Assembly (NCBI GenBank): GCA_010909165.1
Contig: MU008158.1
Location: 3,311,478 to 3,375,477 of the forward strand
From: Anthoceros angustus
Lineage: Eukaryota; Plantae; Anthocerotophyta
Direction: 5' to 3'
DNA length: 64,000 nt
The position numbers were made by a program, and so were the translations under genes. Of the stretch, positions 48,700 to 60,312 are shown one piece after another (position 1 is the first letter of the stretch; the number at the start of each line of letters is the position of its first letter). The notes under the pieces are model-generated. The model saw nothing but the letters and a program-made list of their open reading frames with translations, was not told where the DNA came from and did no database searches.

Positions 48700-51600
48700 T
48701 GAATAAACCCTCGCAATTCAATTAACTTATCTTTTATGGCCTTCTTATCCACAGTACAAATGTTTCCGACAAACCATAATAGAGGATGACTGTTTGGTGA
48801 ACAAAAACTTGTTGGATATTCTTGACGGATAGCCTTCGCCCCGTCTCCCGAGTTGCTTCTGCCATCCCTCGATTATATATTCTTCCATTACCTCCTTCAT
48901 ACGCATCTGTGTTGATTCTGTACCAATGAACAAGGAAGTGAGGCTCGTGCATGTAGTTCAACACAAGTCACCTTGCCAATCCAAAAGGGCCTATTTTGCG
49001 TGTCGGTGCCGCGAGCGCAACTAACATTCCCCTTTATTTGCGATATCACCATTCAACCGTGACATTTCTTGTTGTTGCCTCCCAGTTTTGGTATGCTCCC
49101 AAATACATATCTCGTTGTGGGAGCTCCTCAAGAATGCCTCCTCCAGTGCTTCATCCGGAACATGCAGAGGTTGGGCTGTGCCTTGCACTTCAGATCTGGC
49201 GTACCACCTCCAAGGTTTGTGTAGCACAAGGCCAATGTTGTTTTCCACAATAACAGCAATCTCCTCCTGGTCCACCCAGAAAGCTTCCCACCATAAAAAC
49301 TCCCTGGATGTCACATACGGCCTAAGTTCTGCAAGACCAGCCTTTAGATGAGCAACGGCTGCAGTTGGAGATAATATCATGTGGCTTCCTTTTTATCCCT
49401 CGACCGCGGCGCAGTAGCAAATTATAGTGTCCAAGGCACAATTTCAAAACTCCAAACCCCTTGATTTCCCAGGCGAGGTCGAGGCTTGCTCGATCTGTCC
49501 AACCGCGTCGCTTTTCTTCACGTGTTATTTTGAGCAGTCTTTGGAGCGATAGGTTGTTCGGTTCTTAACCGCCGCCATAATCGAGTCCTCTCGGCCTTGT
49601 GTAATGGGCCACACATATGACCAAGTCGGCCACTTGATCAATACCTTGACCTCTAGGCGTGTACGCTTGCAGATCTCGACAATGCGGGAAGCGTGTGAGC
49701 TTCTTTATGTTTCAAGCTTTTGGAGAAGCAAGAAAACATCCGTCGATTTGATCATGAGTATGTCCGACCAAAAGGAATCCCACTTTCACTTTTCAAAAGT
49801 ACCCATATCAACAAGCATGTTCGGATAAGCAAAAGCGGTGGTTCTTATTCTCCTGCATGTGTTGTCCAACCGCAAATACAAAACTCTTGGCAGACACCGT
49901 AGTTATGTATAACGTCACGAATAATGGTGATCGTAAGATTCGCGTCGTTCATGATTCGCATAATGCAAATAGGCTCTAGCTTTAAGCGTATAGTTGTGAA
50001 TCATGCACCCAACCACGTGGTGAAATCGACACTCCTCTACGAGGTTTTTCGCCACCGGAGAAGATGAGGTATCTGTCTTTTTGGTCCATTCCATCAATTG
50101 ATAGCAAGATATACTTATGTGGCTCCACATAGCTCTTGCTCTGTGTTTAGCCATTTTGCCGTTCTGGTGGAGCCGCACGATGTGCTTCCAAGGCAACTGG
50201 TATTTCTCTGCCAAAACGAACATCATAATCAGCAACAAAAAGACCCCCATCATCGACCATCCACTTTGCAGAGAACCATCCAACCTATACAAAAGCGTTT
50301 TTCAAGACGCCTCTAAACATTCATGCAAGAGTGGGGAAGGGCGCGTCGGCGGTCGGCGCCCTTCCCCTTGTGCCGGATGATTTGGGAGGGTCTCGAATCA
50401 TCATAAGCAGTGCAGGCGCGGCGGCCGCGCCTCCAACTGAGAGGGCTGGTTGCCTCAGGCGCCGGCCGGCGCCACGGCGGCGCCGCCCTCCAGCCAATAA
50501 GCATTGGGCATTGCAAGCATGAATCGATCATGACGAAGAAGAAGGGTACATCCGTGCGGATGATAGGCGGGCATTCAACAACCGGAGGAACAAGCACATG
50601 AAAGACACATCGGTGCAATTTACCTTGATCTTGCTTGTGCTTTGTATTTATAGTGCTCTTGAGCTGCGCAAGCGAGCATGTTGAAAATCTGTTGGACTTG
50701 ATTTTACTCGGGAAGTTGCTTCTCCAGTTTAAGAACCATGGATACTTCACATAGCGTATGCGAGCTTTTGGCGCCTTACAACGCCCATATTTCCAACTTT
50801 GTATACGTGTCGGAAGATTAAATACTTCCAAATTAGGAAGCCGCTCGGCCATAAACATAAAAGCATTGTCCATCCAAGAAATGGCATCAAGCGCATAAGT
50901 AGATTGTGCCTTCGGGTTTGGTCCGAATCCATCCCAAGGTGATTCCAGAAAGACTCTGCTCTTTAGCTCCTCATACCTCTTGTGCCCAAGGCAATACACT
51001 CTTTTGAAAGCCTTCAAGCAGCAGCGCATAAGAGTCGCTCCCATGAGATGTGTGACCGCTTTCCTTCTATCCTGCACTCCATCCGGTGAACAAGACGAAG
51101 AAATGTCTCCTGTTCCTGCCTCCCCATCCGAAGAAAGCGGTATCGCTACTCCTGAAATCGCTCTTTGGTCAGCTTTAGCAAACACATTTTGTTGCAACAA
51201 GGCTTCTTGAAATCTGCAAGCATTGTCTCCCTTCACTTTTGTCAACGACACTCAATTTCCGTCTCCGGCATGATAGAGTATTTGCGGTTGTCGGGGCCTT
51301 CAAAGTGTCACTCAGAGGCTTCGGATGGAAGGATTGAGAGGCATCAGGTGTCTGGAAGTGGCGAGAATCGTCGTCGTCCCCACTGGGCCTGTCATCATCC
51401 GGTGAGTGGAGGCGAGCAACAATATCCTCATGAAACAAACCACGGCGTGGAACCATCGGTCTGTCTCCGAGGGGAAGGTCACAGACAATGGGAAGGGAAA
51501 GAGAACGGCGTTTGGATGGGCTTCCCTCCAAAGCAGCATAGCGATGCAAATTCCTAGGTGTTCGAGGAACACCTCGCGGGACATTTGGCGACGACAAATG

Positions 51601-51950
51601 TCGACGTTTTCGTCTGCTGCAAGAGCAATGTCCGAATATTCAACGGGGATCACACCATGTGGATTTTCACACCGCCCATCGTCAATTATAATCTGAAGGG
51701 AAGAAATTTAACCTTCATCATCTCTACGTTCTTCTGCAATGGCAAACTGCACACGACGGGTGGCGACAGATGTCGGCGATGTGGCGGCCTTCTGCCCTCC
51801 CTTCTCTTGTTTTCGTGAAGCACGGGACATTGGGAAGGCAAGTGTTGATCCCAAAGATGATCCGATGGCACCTGATCAACGAACTTAGAATCATAAAACA
51901 AACCCGTCAAGGAAAGCGTAACGGTGCAGGCCGAAGAACTCAAACCTCTT
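48700..51950 (-). pseudogene. Sola-like DDD transposase (DUF7869-type), frameshifted as assembled
   Basis: Manual frame-joining gives CLKAFKRVY...WMDNAFMFMAERLP, NRFSTCSL, SIDGMDQK (~50080-50100), HVVGCMIH, NDANLTI, LYLRLDNTC-ENKN (~49840-49870), FLLVGHTHDQID (~49742-49775) and C-terminal PFWIGKV...FLVHWY. The 5' limit is uncertain. Confidence 0.8.
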
Positions 51951-52257
51951 GTCCTTAGGGTGTGTGAGGCGCAACATTGTATGCCCTCTGGTTCACAAGA
52001 ACCTTGAGAGCGCGCCGAAGGCGAGGCGAGGAGATTTGTGAAGGAAGTTGCATGCGAATGGCGGTGTGTGCCTTCAAGGCATATCGCAAAGATAGGAAGG
52101 ACATTATTTCTCTCTCGTTACGACATCATGATGGTCTATCGTGAGAGGTATCCAACGTGCATCGCGCCGTCATGCCTTTTATTAGACAATTATGGTGCCC
52201 GCCAGCCGTCAAGTCAATGTGATTATGGATAGACAAGAGTTTATATTAGGCATAAGG

Positions 52258-52530
52258 GTGGACGTGAAATGTTAACGTTTTGGTCTATAAATGCAGGGGC
52301 AAGGGAACCCTAATTACAAACCTCTCTCTCTTGTCGATTCGCGTGGCGGTGTGGGCGTATTTCCAGTCCGAGAGGCGGCACGAGGCATAGCGAAATATGG
52401 TGGAACGTGAAATGTTAAGTACGTTTTGGTCTATAAATGCAGGCAAGGGAACCCTAATTACAAACCTCTCTCTCTTGTCGTTTCGAGGCTGTGGGTGTGT
52501 ATTTCAGTCGAAGTAACGAGGCGAGCGGCA
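52258..52530 (+). promoter_or_regulatory. Tandemly duplicated TATA-box promoter module upstream of the methyltransferase gene
   Basis: GTGGA(A)CGTGAAATGTTAA...GGTCTATAAATGCAGG...AAACCTCTCTCTCTTGTCG occurs at ~52258 and ~52399. Each copy has TATAAAT followed by a CT-rich tract. Confidence 0.6.
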
Positions 52531-53226
52531 TACGCGTGTGTTGCTTGGCGAGTTGGAGAACAATTGCGGTTGAATTGCAGCTTTGTCCCTTTCACGCCGG
52601 CGGGAATTCGCGATCGCCGAGAAACTTTGAGAGGCGGTCGGAAGCAATCATCGAGTTTTGCGAGGCAGTTGCCCCTCCATGTGATCGAGCATCACCTTCC
52701 TTCCATTCATCTTTGACAGTTGGCGATTTGTCGCCGCCTTGTCTTGTGATTTTGCTTGCGCAATTGAGATGGCGGCGGGAGGCGGAGCAAGAAGGACTTG
52801 GCGGTGGCCGACCCCAGGCGCCCCGGGAGGCGGGAACAAGGCGAAGCGGCCAACCCCGGGGCAGGTGGCGCCCAGACGTGGAGGCGGGAGGTGTGGGAGG
52901 GCATAAACCATCGGCTGTGGAGGCAAAATCTGGGAGCATGTCTTCAGGGAAGACAAGCCGGACAAAGGCTGCTAGCGTGCAAGGGCTGGGGAAGGAGGCT
53001 CCGAAAACCTCAAAGCATGTGGTGCCACCTCCAATTCCATCGCCTTTCAGCTACGAGGAAACCGTGCACATCCGCAGACTGGGAGGCCAGATTGACCCTG
53101 TTATGATTTTGCAGAAGGATTGGATGCTCGTCCAGGATCCGCATCCGAGGAAGAGGAAAAGCAGATGGACGCCTTTTGAAACTACGGATAATGGGGTATG
53201 TGGGGGCTTTGCCCAATCGAGCAAGT

Positions 53227-55430
53227 GGATGGGTAATCTGGGCAACAATGGATATGAATGAGGGGAGCCGAGTTCACGTTTTGCACCACCAGCCATATGA
53301 GTTTGATGCAGATGATCCGGGACCACGATATATCTGGTCTTATGTTCTCGACCTCGGAGGGTTCAATGCCAAGAAATGTGCACCTCGCTCACTTGTCGAA
53401 GAGTTCCAGTGCATGCGACAACACCTGTAAGTTGGAACAACAACTGTCTTTTGAGAACCATGAGGCTAGGATGGTAGCGTGATTTTCGCTTTCTCTTTCC
53501 ACGATTAGTCGGAATGGCCCTCATCAGGCTATTTGCGGAAGATTACGGAGGCAGTGTGGATCACGGAGAGAGCTTTCAATGAGAAGGGTGAGAGCAGCCC
53601 ATCAAAGAATTGCGAGAGGCGGAGAGAGAGTCGGAGCCCCGGATCCCGAAAGTGAACTTGGGCCCTCGGATGAGGAAGATGGCCCCATTCCACGTCCTCG
53701 GGCATTCGGAGGAAGAAGTGTCCGGGGGCATGAGGAAGACGGAGATCGGGATCTTGCCGCATTGCATGGTCAATGGTTGTCCCACCATGGCCTACATCGG
53801 AGCGAGGCGGCCGGCCGGCCGGCGCCTGTGTGTTGAAGGGTGGGCGGGCCGAACTTGCCACCGGATCCTAAGCGGTTTATCCGGTTTCAACAAGGAGATG
53901 GGGTTGGGCGCCGGCCGGCTAAAACTTCGGTACGCCCTTCCACCGGACCGCAGTGGAAGAATAGACACATGGGATCCCGAGAGGGAAGAGGGGTGGGTGT
54001 GGAGGCGGGCAGCAGAAGAAGGAGGAGGAGGGCGCCGCCGGCCGCGCCTCACCGGAGAGTCAAGACCAGGGTGGTCGATGGGAAAGCGCCCGCTCACATT
54101 TGGATTCTATGGGGACTACAAAGGCACATAGTGGCGACGGAGGCGAGGAAGGAAGAAAAAAGCAGAAAGCGGTGGAGGATCGTTGAGTCATTCATTTTAT
54201 ATTTCGACAGATGAAGAACGGTTAGAAGACGCGATCCGGGATGCACCCCTCTCTCGCTGAGGGATTCAGCTTCGAAGAAGGTGGTCTTGGAACAAGTGTT
54301 GGTCAAGTTGGAGAACTTAAGACCGGCGCACATAACAGCCGGATGGGTAACTGGGCAACAATGGATATGAATGAGGGGAGCCGGAGTTCACGCTTTTGCA
54401 CCAGTGCCATATGAGTTTGACGGTTGATCCAGTGACCTCGATATATACAGGTCTTATGTTCTCACCTGAGGGTTCAATGCCAAGAAATGTGCACCTCGCT
54501 CACTTGTCAAGAGTTCCGCGAGTGCATGCGACAACACACCGTAAGTTGGAACAAGCAACTGCCTTTTGAGAACCATGAGGCTAGGATGATCGACGTGATT
54601 TTCGCTCGCTTTCCACCCAAGTCGGAATGGCCTCATGTGGCTATTTATGGGAAGATTACGAGACAGTGGGATCACAGGAGAGAGCAATGAGAAGGGTGAG
54701 AGCAGCCCATCAAAGAATAAGAGGCAGAGAGTCCGAGCCCTGCATCCCGAAAGTGAACTTGGGCCCTCGATGAGGAAGATGGCCCCATTCCACGCCCTCG
54801 GGCATTCGGAGGAAGAAGTGTCCGGGGGCATGAGGAAGACGGAGATGCCGGATGCCGCCAAGCTGGCATTGCAGGTCAATGGTTGTCCCAACCATGGCCT
54901 ATCCGAAGGGAGCAGGGGGCCGGCCGGCGTGTGTGAAGGGAGGAACTTGCCCACCGGATCCTAACCGGTTTATCCGCCCAACAAGGAGATGGGGTTGCGC
55001 CGGCGCCGGAAGAGCTTCCATGATTCCACCGGACCGCAGTGGAAGAATAGACATGGGAACCCCGAGAGGGAAGAGGGGTGGGTGGAGGCAGCAGAAGAAG
55101 GAGGAGGAGGGCGCCGCCGGCCGCGCCTCACCGGAGAGTCAAGACCAGGGTGGTCGATGGGAAAGCGCCCGCTCACATTTGGATTCTATGCAGGGACTAC
55201 AAAGGCACTGGCGCAGACGGAGGCGAAAGGAAGAAAACCGAAGAAAATGGCAGGCGGGAAGATCCGTTGAGTCATTCGATCATCATATTTCGGCTGATGA
55301 AGAACGGTTAGAAGACGCGATCCGGGATGCACCCCTCTCTCTCGCTGAGGGATTCAAACCAAAGAAGGTGGTCTTGGAACAAGTGTTGGTCAAGTTGGAG
55401 AACTTAAGACCACGCACATAACGCCGGATG
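53227..55430. repeat. ~1.1 kb tandem duplication inside the cargo gene
   Basis: The junction motif GGATG occurs at 53227, 54341 and 55426; the blocks are homologous. Confidence 0.9.
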
Positions 55431-58400
55431 CGCATTCGAGGGTTGATGAGGCATGGGCCAATTATTTGGCTCGGGTTATTTCAAGGGAGGATAGAGGAGG
55501 GTGTTTTGCCACTCTTATGTATGATAGATCCAAGTGAGTGCGACCTCGTGGGCGGGTGAAGCGATGGCGGGCGAAAAAATACGTTATGGGGTTCTTGGTG
55601 GGAACCATACATATGCGAATGAAACATCTATGTGATATCTCACGGGGAAGAAGAGGTTTCAATATGTGGAAGCACATGTCTATTGTGGGCTTACTGTACC
55701 AGAAATGCGAGTGCTGGCCACGGATCACAATACCATGTCGGACAAAGAAAGAAGATGAACTTCATTGAGCAGGTCCGGTACTTACGAGATGAGCTGATTG
55801 CGAAACGCGAAGGAGTACAGATGACCATGGCATGGAAGTACAATCGTACAAAGTGCTAGGATTGATTGAGGATGATGAAGGCGCGAAGACGATGTCTACA
55901 AGCAGAACAAAGTAGACAATCGCACACACATTTTATGCATCGCCAAGGTGAGGAAGGTGTGGGACAATGTGGACTTGATTTTTTCAAAGTGGGAGGCTGG
56001 AGAGCTTATGGAACAAGAAGCATTTACCAGCAGGGACTAGCAAGAAAGGGAAAGGGAAGCGGAAGATGGCTGACGAGCAGAAGCAAGTGGACACAGTATA
56101 CGTAAAGCCAAAGGACATGTTGGCAAAGCCATGGAAATCCTTCCAAGGAATACCAGCTGGAGAGTGCGGGCAGCAAATTCTGGTCACAGCTACAGAAAAA
56201 GTTTTAACTGGACTTATTGATTTGAAGGGCATGGACGAGGAGATCACTTTGGAAGAAGTTCCATGTCATACAAGTTGCTATGGTAAACACACAGGGTGCT
56301 CTTCGTTCGAGAGGTGCGAGAAGAATATCCGCTGCATTCGGCTGCACTGGATGTTGTCCCGCTTTCAAACCGCTTTGGAAAGGTTAGTTTCGCCCATGTG
56401 TTCGGTGGAGGAGGCGCCGGCCGCGCCTCCTCTCTTCTTTGCGTTTGGACTAACCATCATGTGTTTGGCAAAGAATCGAAGGATATTGAGGTCCTTTCCA
56501 AACTTCCGGATGTCTTCCAACATTTCATTTTCAAGTAAATAATTGGAAAGGACGAGGACGGCGTGCTCTGCGGACAAGGACCTTGAGGAAGGATTGGAGG
56601 TCTTCAATGTTCCATCCTCGGACAAACAAGTACAATACCAAGTGGAAAGCAGGGATGTTTTGGACATGCGAGGATTTCTGAGAGGCCGGAAGTACACACT
56701 TCTGGTGATGGACGTTCCAAGGGGGTTTCAAATTGGGCCCTTGGACAAACGAGTTGACATGCAGATGATGGACACTATTTTGCAGAGTTTTGCGGAGAAA
56801 ACTACTTCGGATGAGTTGAGAATGATTGTCATGCATGGTGTGGAGGAGGCTCACACCGTGAGGGAGTCAATGCGAAAGTGGAGCAAGAAAGGGGGCTTGG
56901 TCTCATTTGTATGGGACAAGACCAACATGAACAATGACAAGGGTGGATTCGAAACCGTGGAATATGTCACGGTAGGGTGGGGCATGGGAGATGGATTCAC
57001 AGGGGATAGAGTTCCAATGATGCCTAATGCCATGCACGGCACTTTCAACAATGGGAGGTCCGTGATCGCACACGATACGGTTGTGAAGAAAGCAGTGTAC
57101 ATGTCCCAAGACAAGCTGGTTGTTTGCCCATACCGAGGCCTCGGGCTTATGATGAAACTTATCGAACCTTCTCGCGAGAGGGAAGAGGGGTGGGAGGAGG
57201 AGGAGGAGGAGGAGGAGGAGGGCGCCGGCCGGCCGCGCCCCTCACCGCGGGAGATGACCACCAAGGTCTGGTCATGGAAAGCGCCCGCTCAATTTGGATT
57301 CTATGGGGACTACAAAGGCACATAGTGGCGCACGGAGGCGAAAGGAAGAAAACCGAAGAAAACGCAAGTGGAAGCGAGATGTTTTGGACATGCGAGGATT
57401 TCGAGATGAAGAACGGTTAGAAGACGCGATCCGGATGCACTCTCTCGCTGAGGGATTCACCACGAAGAAGGTTGTCTTGGAAACAAGTGTTGGTCAAGTT
57501 GGAGAACTTAAGACCACCGCACATAACGCCGGATGCGCAGATTCGAGGGTTGATGAGGCATGGGCCAATTATTGGCTCGGGTTATTTCGAAGGGAGGATA
57601 GAGGAGGGTGTTTTGCCACTCTTATGTATGATAGATCCAAGTGAGTGCGACCTCGAAGTCGGATCGGAAGCGATGGCGGCGAAAAAATACGTTATGGGGT
57701 TCTTGGGAACCATACATATGCGACCATGAAACATCTATGTGATATCTCACCGTGGAAGAAGAGGTTTCAATATGTGGAAGCACATGTCTATTGTGGGCTT
57801 CTTGTAAATGCGAGTGCCGCCACGGATCACAATACCATGTCGGACAAAGAAAGAAGATGAACTTCATTGAGCGGTCCGTACTTACGAGATGAGCTGCAGA
57901 TTGCGAACGCGAAGGAGTACAGATGACCATGGCATGGAAGTACAACTGCAAAGTGCTTGGATTGATTGAGGATGATGAAGACGATGTCTACAAGCGTAAC
58001 AAAGTAGACAATCGCACACACATTTTATGCATCGCCAAGGTGAGGAAGGTGTGGGACAATGTGGACTTGATTTTTCAAAGTGGGAGGTGGAGAGCTTATG
58101 GAGCAAGAAGCATTTACCGGTGAGGACTAGCAAGAAAGGGAAAGGGAAGCGGAAGATGGTGACGAGCGTACAAGTGGACAGATAATGTGAAGCCAAAGGA
58201 CATGTTGGCAAAGCCATGGAAATCCTTCCAAGGAATACCACCGGAGAGTGCGGGCAGCAAATTCGTCACAATGTAAAAGTTTTAACTGGACTTATTGATT
58301 TGAAGGGCATGGATGAGGAGATCACTTTATGGAAGAAGTTCCATGTCATACAAGTTGCTATGGTAAACACCGGGTGCTCTTCGTCAGAGGTGCGAGAAGA

Positions 58401-59242
58401 ATATCCGCTGCATTCGGCTGCACTGGATGTTGTCCCGCTTTCAAACCGCTTTGCTGGAAAGGTTAGTTTCGCCCATGTGTTCGAAAAGTGGAGGCGCCGG
58501 CCGCGCCTCCTCTTCTTTGCGTTTGGACTAACCATCATGTGTTTGGCAAAGAATCGAAGGATATTGAGGTCCTTTCCAAACTTCCATGTCTTCCAACATT
58601 TCATTTTCAAGTAAATAATTGAAAGGATCGGAGGACGAGCAGGTTTCTGCGACAAGGACCTTGAGGAAGGATTGAGGTCTTCAATGTTCCATCCCTGACA
58701 AACAAGTACAATACCAAGTGGAAAGGTGGATGTTTTGGACATGCGAGGATTTCGAGAGGCCTAAGTACACACTGGTGATGGACGCTCCAAGGGGTTTCAA
58801 ATTGGGCCCTTGGACAAACGAGTTGACATGCACATGATGATGGACACCTTTGCGAGTTTTGCGGAGAAAACTACTGGATGAGTTGAGAATGATTGTCATG
58901 CATGGTGTGGAGGAGGCTCACCGTGAGGGAGTCAATGCGAAAGTGGAGCAAGAAAGGGGCTTGGTCTCATTTGTATGGGACAAGACCAACATGAACAATG
59001 ACGGTGGATTCAAACCGTGGAATATGTCACGGTAGGGTGGGGCATGGGAGATGGATTCACAGGATAGAGTTCCAATGATGCCTAATGCCATGCACGGCAC
59101 TTTCAACAATGGGAGGTCCGTGATCGCACACGATACGGCCAGAAGAAACAGTGTACATGTCCCAAGACAAGCTGGTTGTTTGCCCATACCAGAGGCCTCT
59201 GGGGCTTATGATGAAACTTATCAGAACCTTCTCGCGAGAGGG
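55063..59242. repeat. ~2.1 kb tandem duplication inside the cargo gene (ParB region + MTase N-terminal half)
   Basis: The junction motif CGAGAGGG occurs at 55063, 57175 and 59235; the blocks are homologous. Confidence 0.9.
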
Positions 59243-60042
59243 GGATTGGATTTTGGACGTATGCTCCGGGAGTGGGACAACGTTATTGGCTTCCCTACTG
59301 TGCGGCCGGAATTGTATTGCTGTTGAAGCTGACTTGAGGTGTGCAGGATACATACCACAGCGGATTGCTGGGCATGAGGTTCACGATCTTGAAGAAGAGG
59401 CGGCGTTTGGCGCCCACCGCAGGTCTTACTTGATTTTAGGCGAAGGAGGTGTGTATCGTGAGAAGGACTCGCAAGCGCAGTTGTTTCCTTAAACGCAAGG
59501 CGGTGAAGACCAAAGCGGTGATCTTTTGGCGGATGGGCAGCAAACTTTGGACAACTGTGGCAGCCTTCCCACCCTTGACGGCGGTGCACGAGAACAAGAA
59601 GACACAAGGCGTTGGGGAGAACGATAGCTTCGATGAAGAGGAAGTGGGCGCTTGCAATCGCTATTGTGATGGATTCGGAGTTTTCTCTGCCCCCTGTCGA
59701 GTCCCAAGTTAGCCCTAAGGAATAGGCTTAGTGTTCTCATGTCATGTGCGTCTGCTGCTTCGTTTAGTTCATACTGTGTTATGGGACCGTTTCATTGCGG
59801 CAAGTGTTGTCTTCGGTTTTGCCAGTTCCAAATAAACAATGAAAGGGCGCCGGCCGGCGCCTCTATCCGCTTTCATGTCTTTGTTGCGAATCGTTTTTGA
59901 ATACCTACGTGTTCTACCATGGTCGACCTTTCTTCAAAAAGAGCTAAAAGGCATATTTCGGGACTGTGTGTCATGTGCAAAGAGGGTTTTCATTTCACGG
60001 AAGGGGGTTCGGATATTCACCCCCTTCACAAGATATCGTGTT

Positions 60043-60312
60043 CCATGATAGTATGAATTCGCAGACAAGTCATAACAAGAAACTACATTATGATGTGCAT
60101 GAGTTACAACGCAAGTCACGATAAGAAAGCTAATGATATGCACATGTTTAGGCGCACGGTTGTAAAGTGACACACCATGATAGTATGAATTCGCAGACAA
60201 GTGATAAAAAGAAACTACATGATGATGTGCATGAGTTTAGGCACATGAAGCAAGTCATGATAAGAAAGCTAATGATATGCACATGTTTAAGCACACGGTT
60301 GTAGAGTGACAC
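60043..60312. repeat. Two tandem ~132-bp repeats immediately outside the right TIR
   Basis: CCATGATAGTATGAATTCGCAGACAAG...GTGACAC occurs at 60043 and ~60175. Confidence 0.85.

Larger units (their letters stand above)
52769..59712 (+). pseudogene. ParB-like domain + beta-class amino (N4C/N6A) DNA methyltransferase; interrupted by indels and two internal tandem duplications as assembled
   Basis: ParB-like QIRG-DEAWANYLARVI...YGVLGGNHTYA (~55430-55620; repeated ~57540-57720). Motif IV-like LLVMD[V/A]PRGF (56711; 58781). CPYQRPLGLMMKLIRTFSREGDWILDVCSGSGTTLLASLLCGRNCIAVE (59180-59330) contains motifs X/I/II. Acidic tail. Start and exon structure are uncertain. Confidence 0.75.
47772..60042 (-). 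mobile_element. Large Sola-like DNA transposon carrying a transposase and a ParB-DNA methyltransferase cargo gene
   Basis: Left TIR AACATGATATCTTTCGAAGGGGGTGAATATTC versus right (reverse complement) AACACGATATCTTGTGAAGGGGGTGAATATCC, 28/32 identical. TSD CCAT at 47768-47771 and 60043-60046. Subterminal GAAGGGGGT repeats at both ends. Confidence 0.88.
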
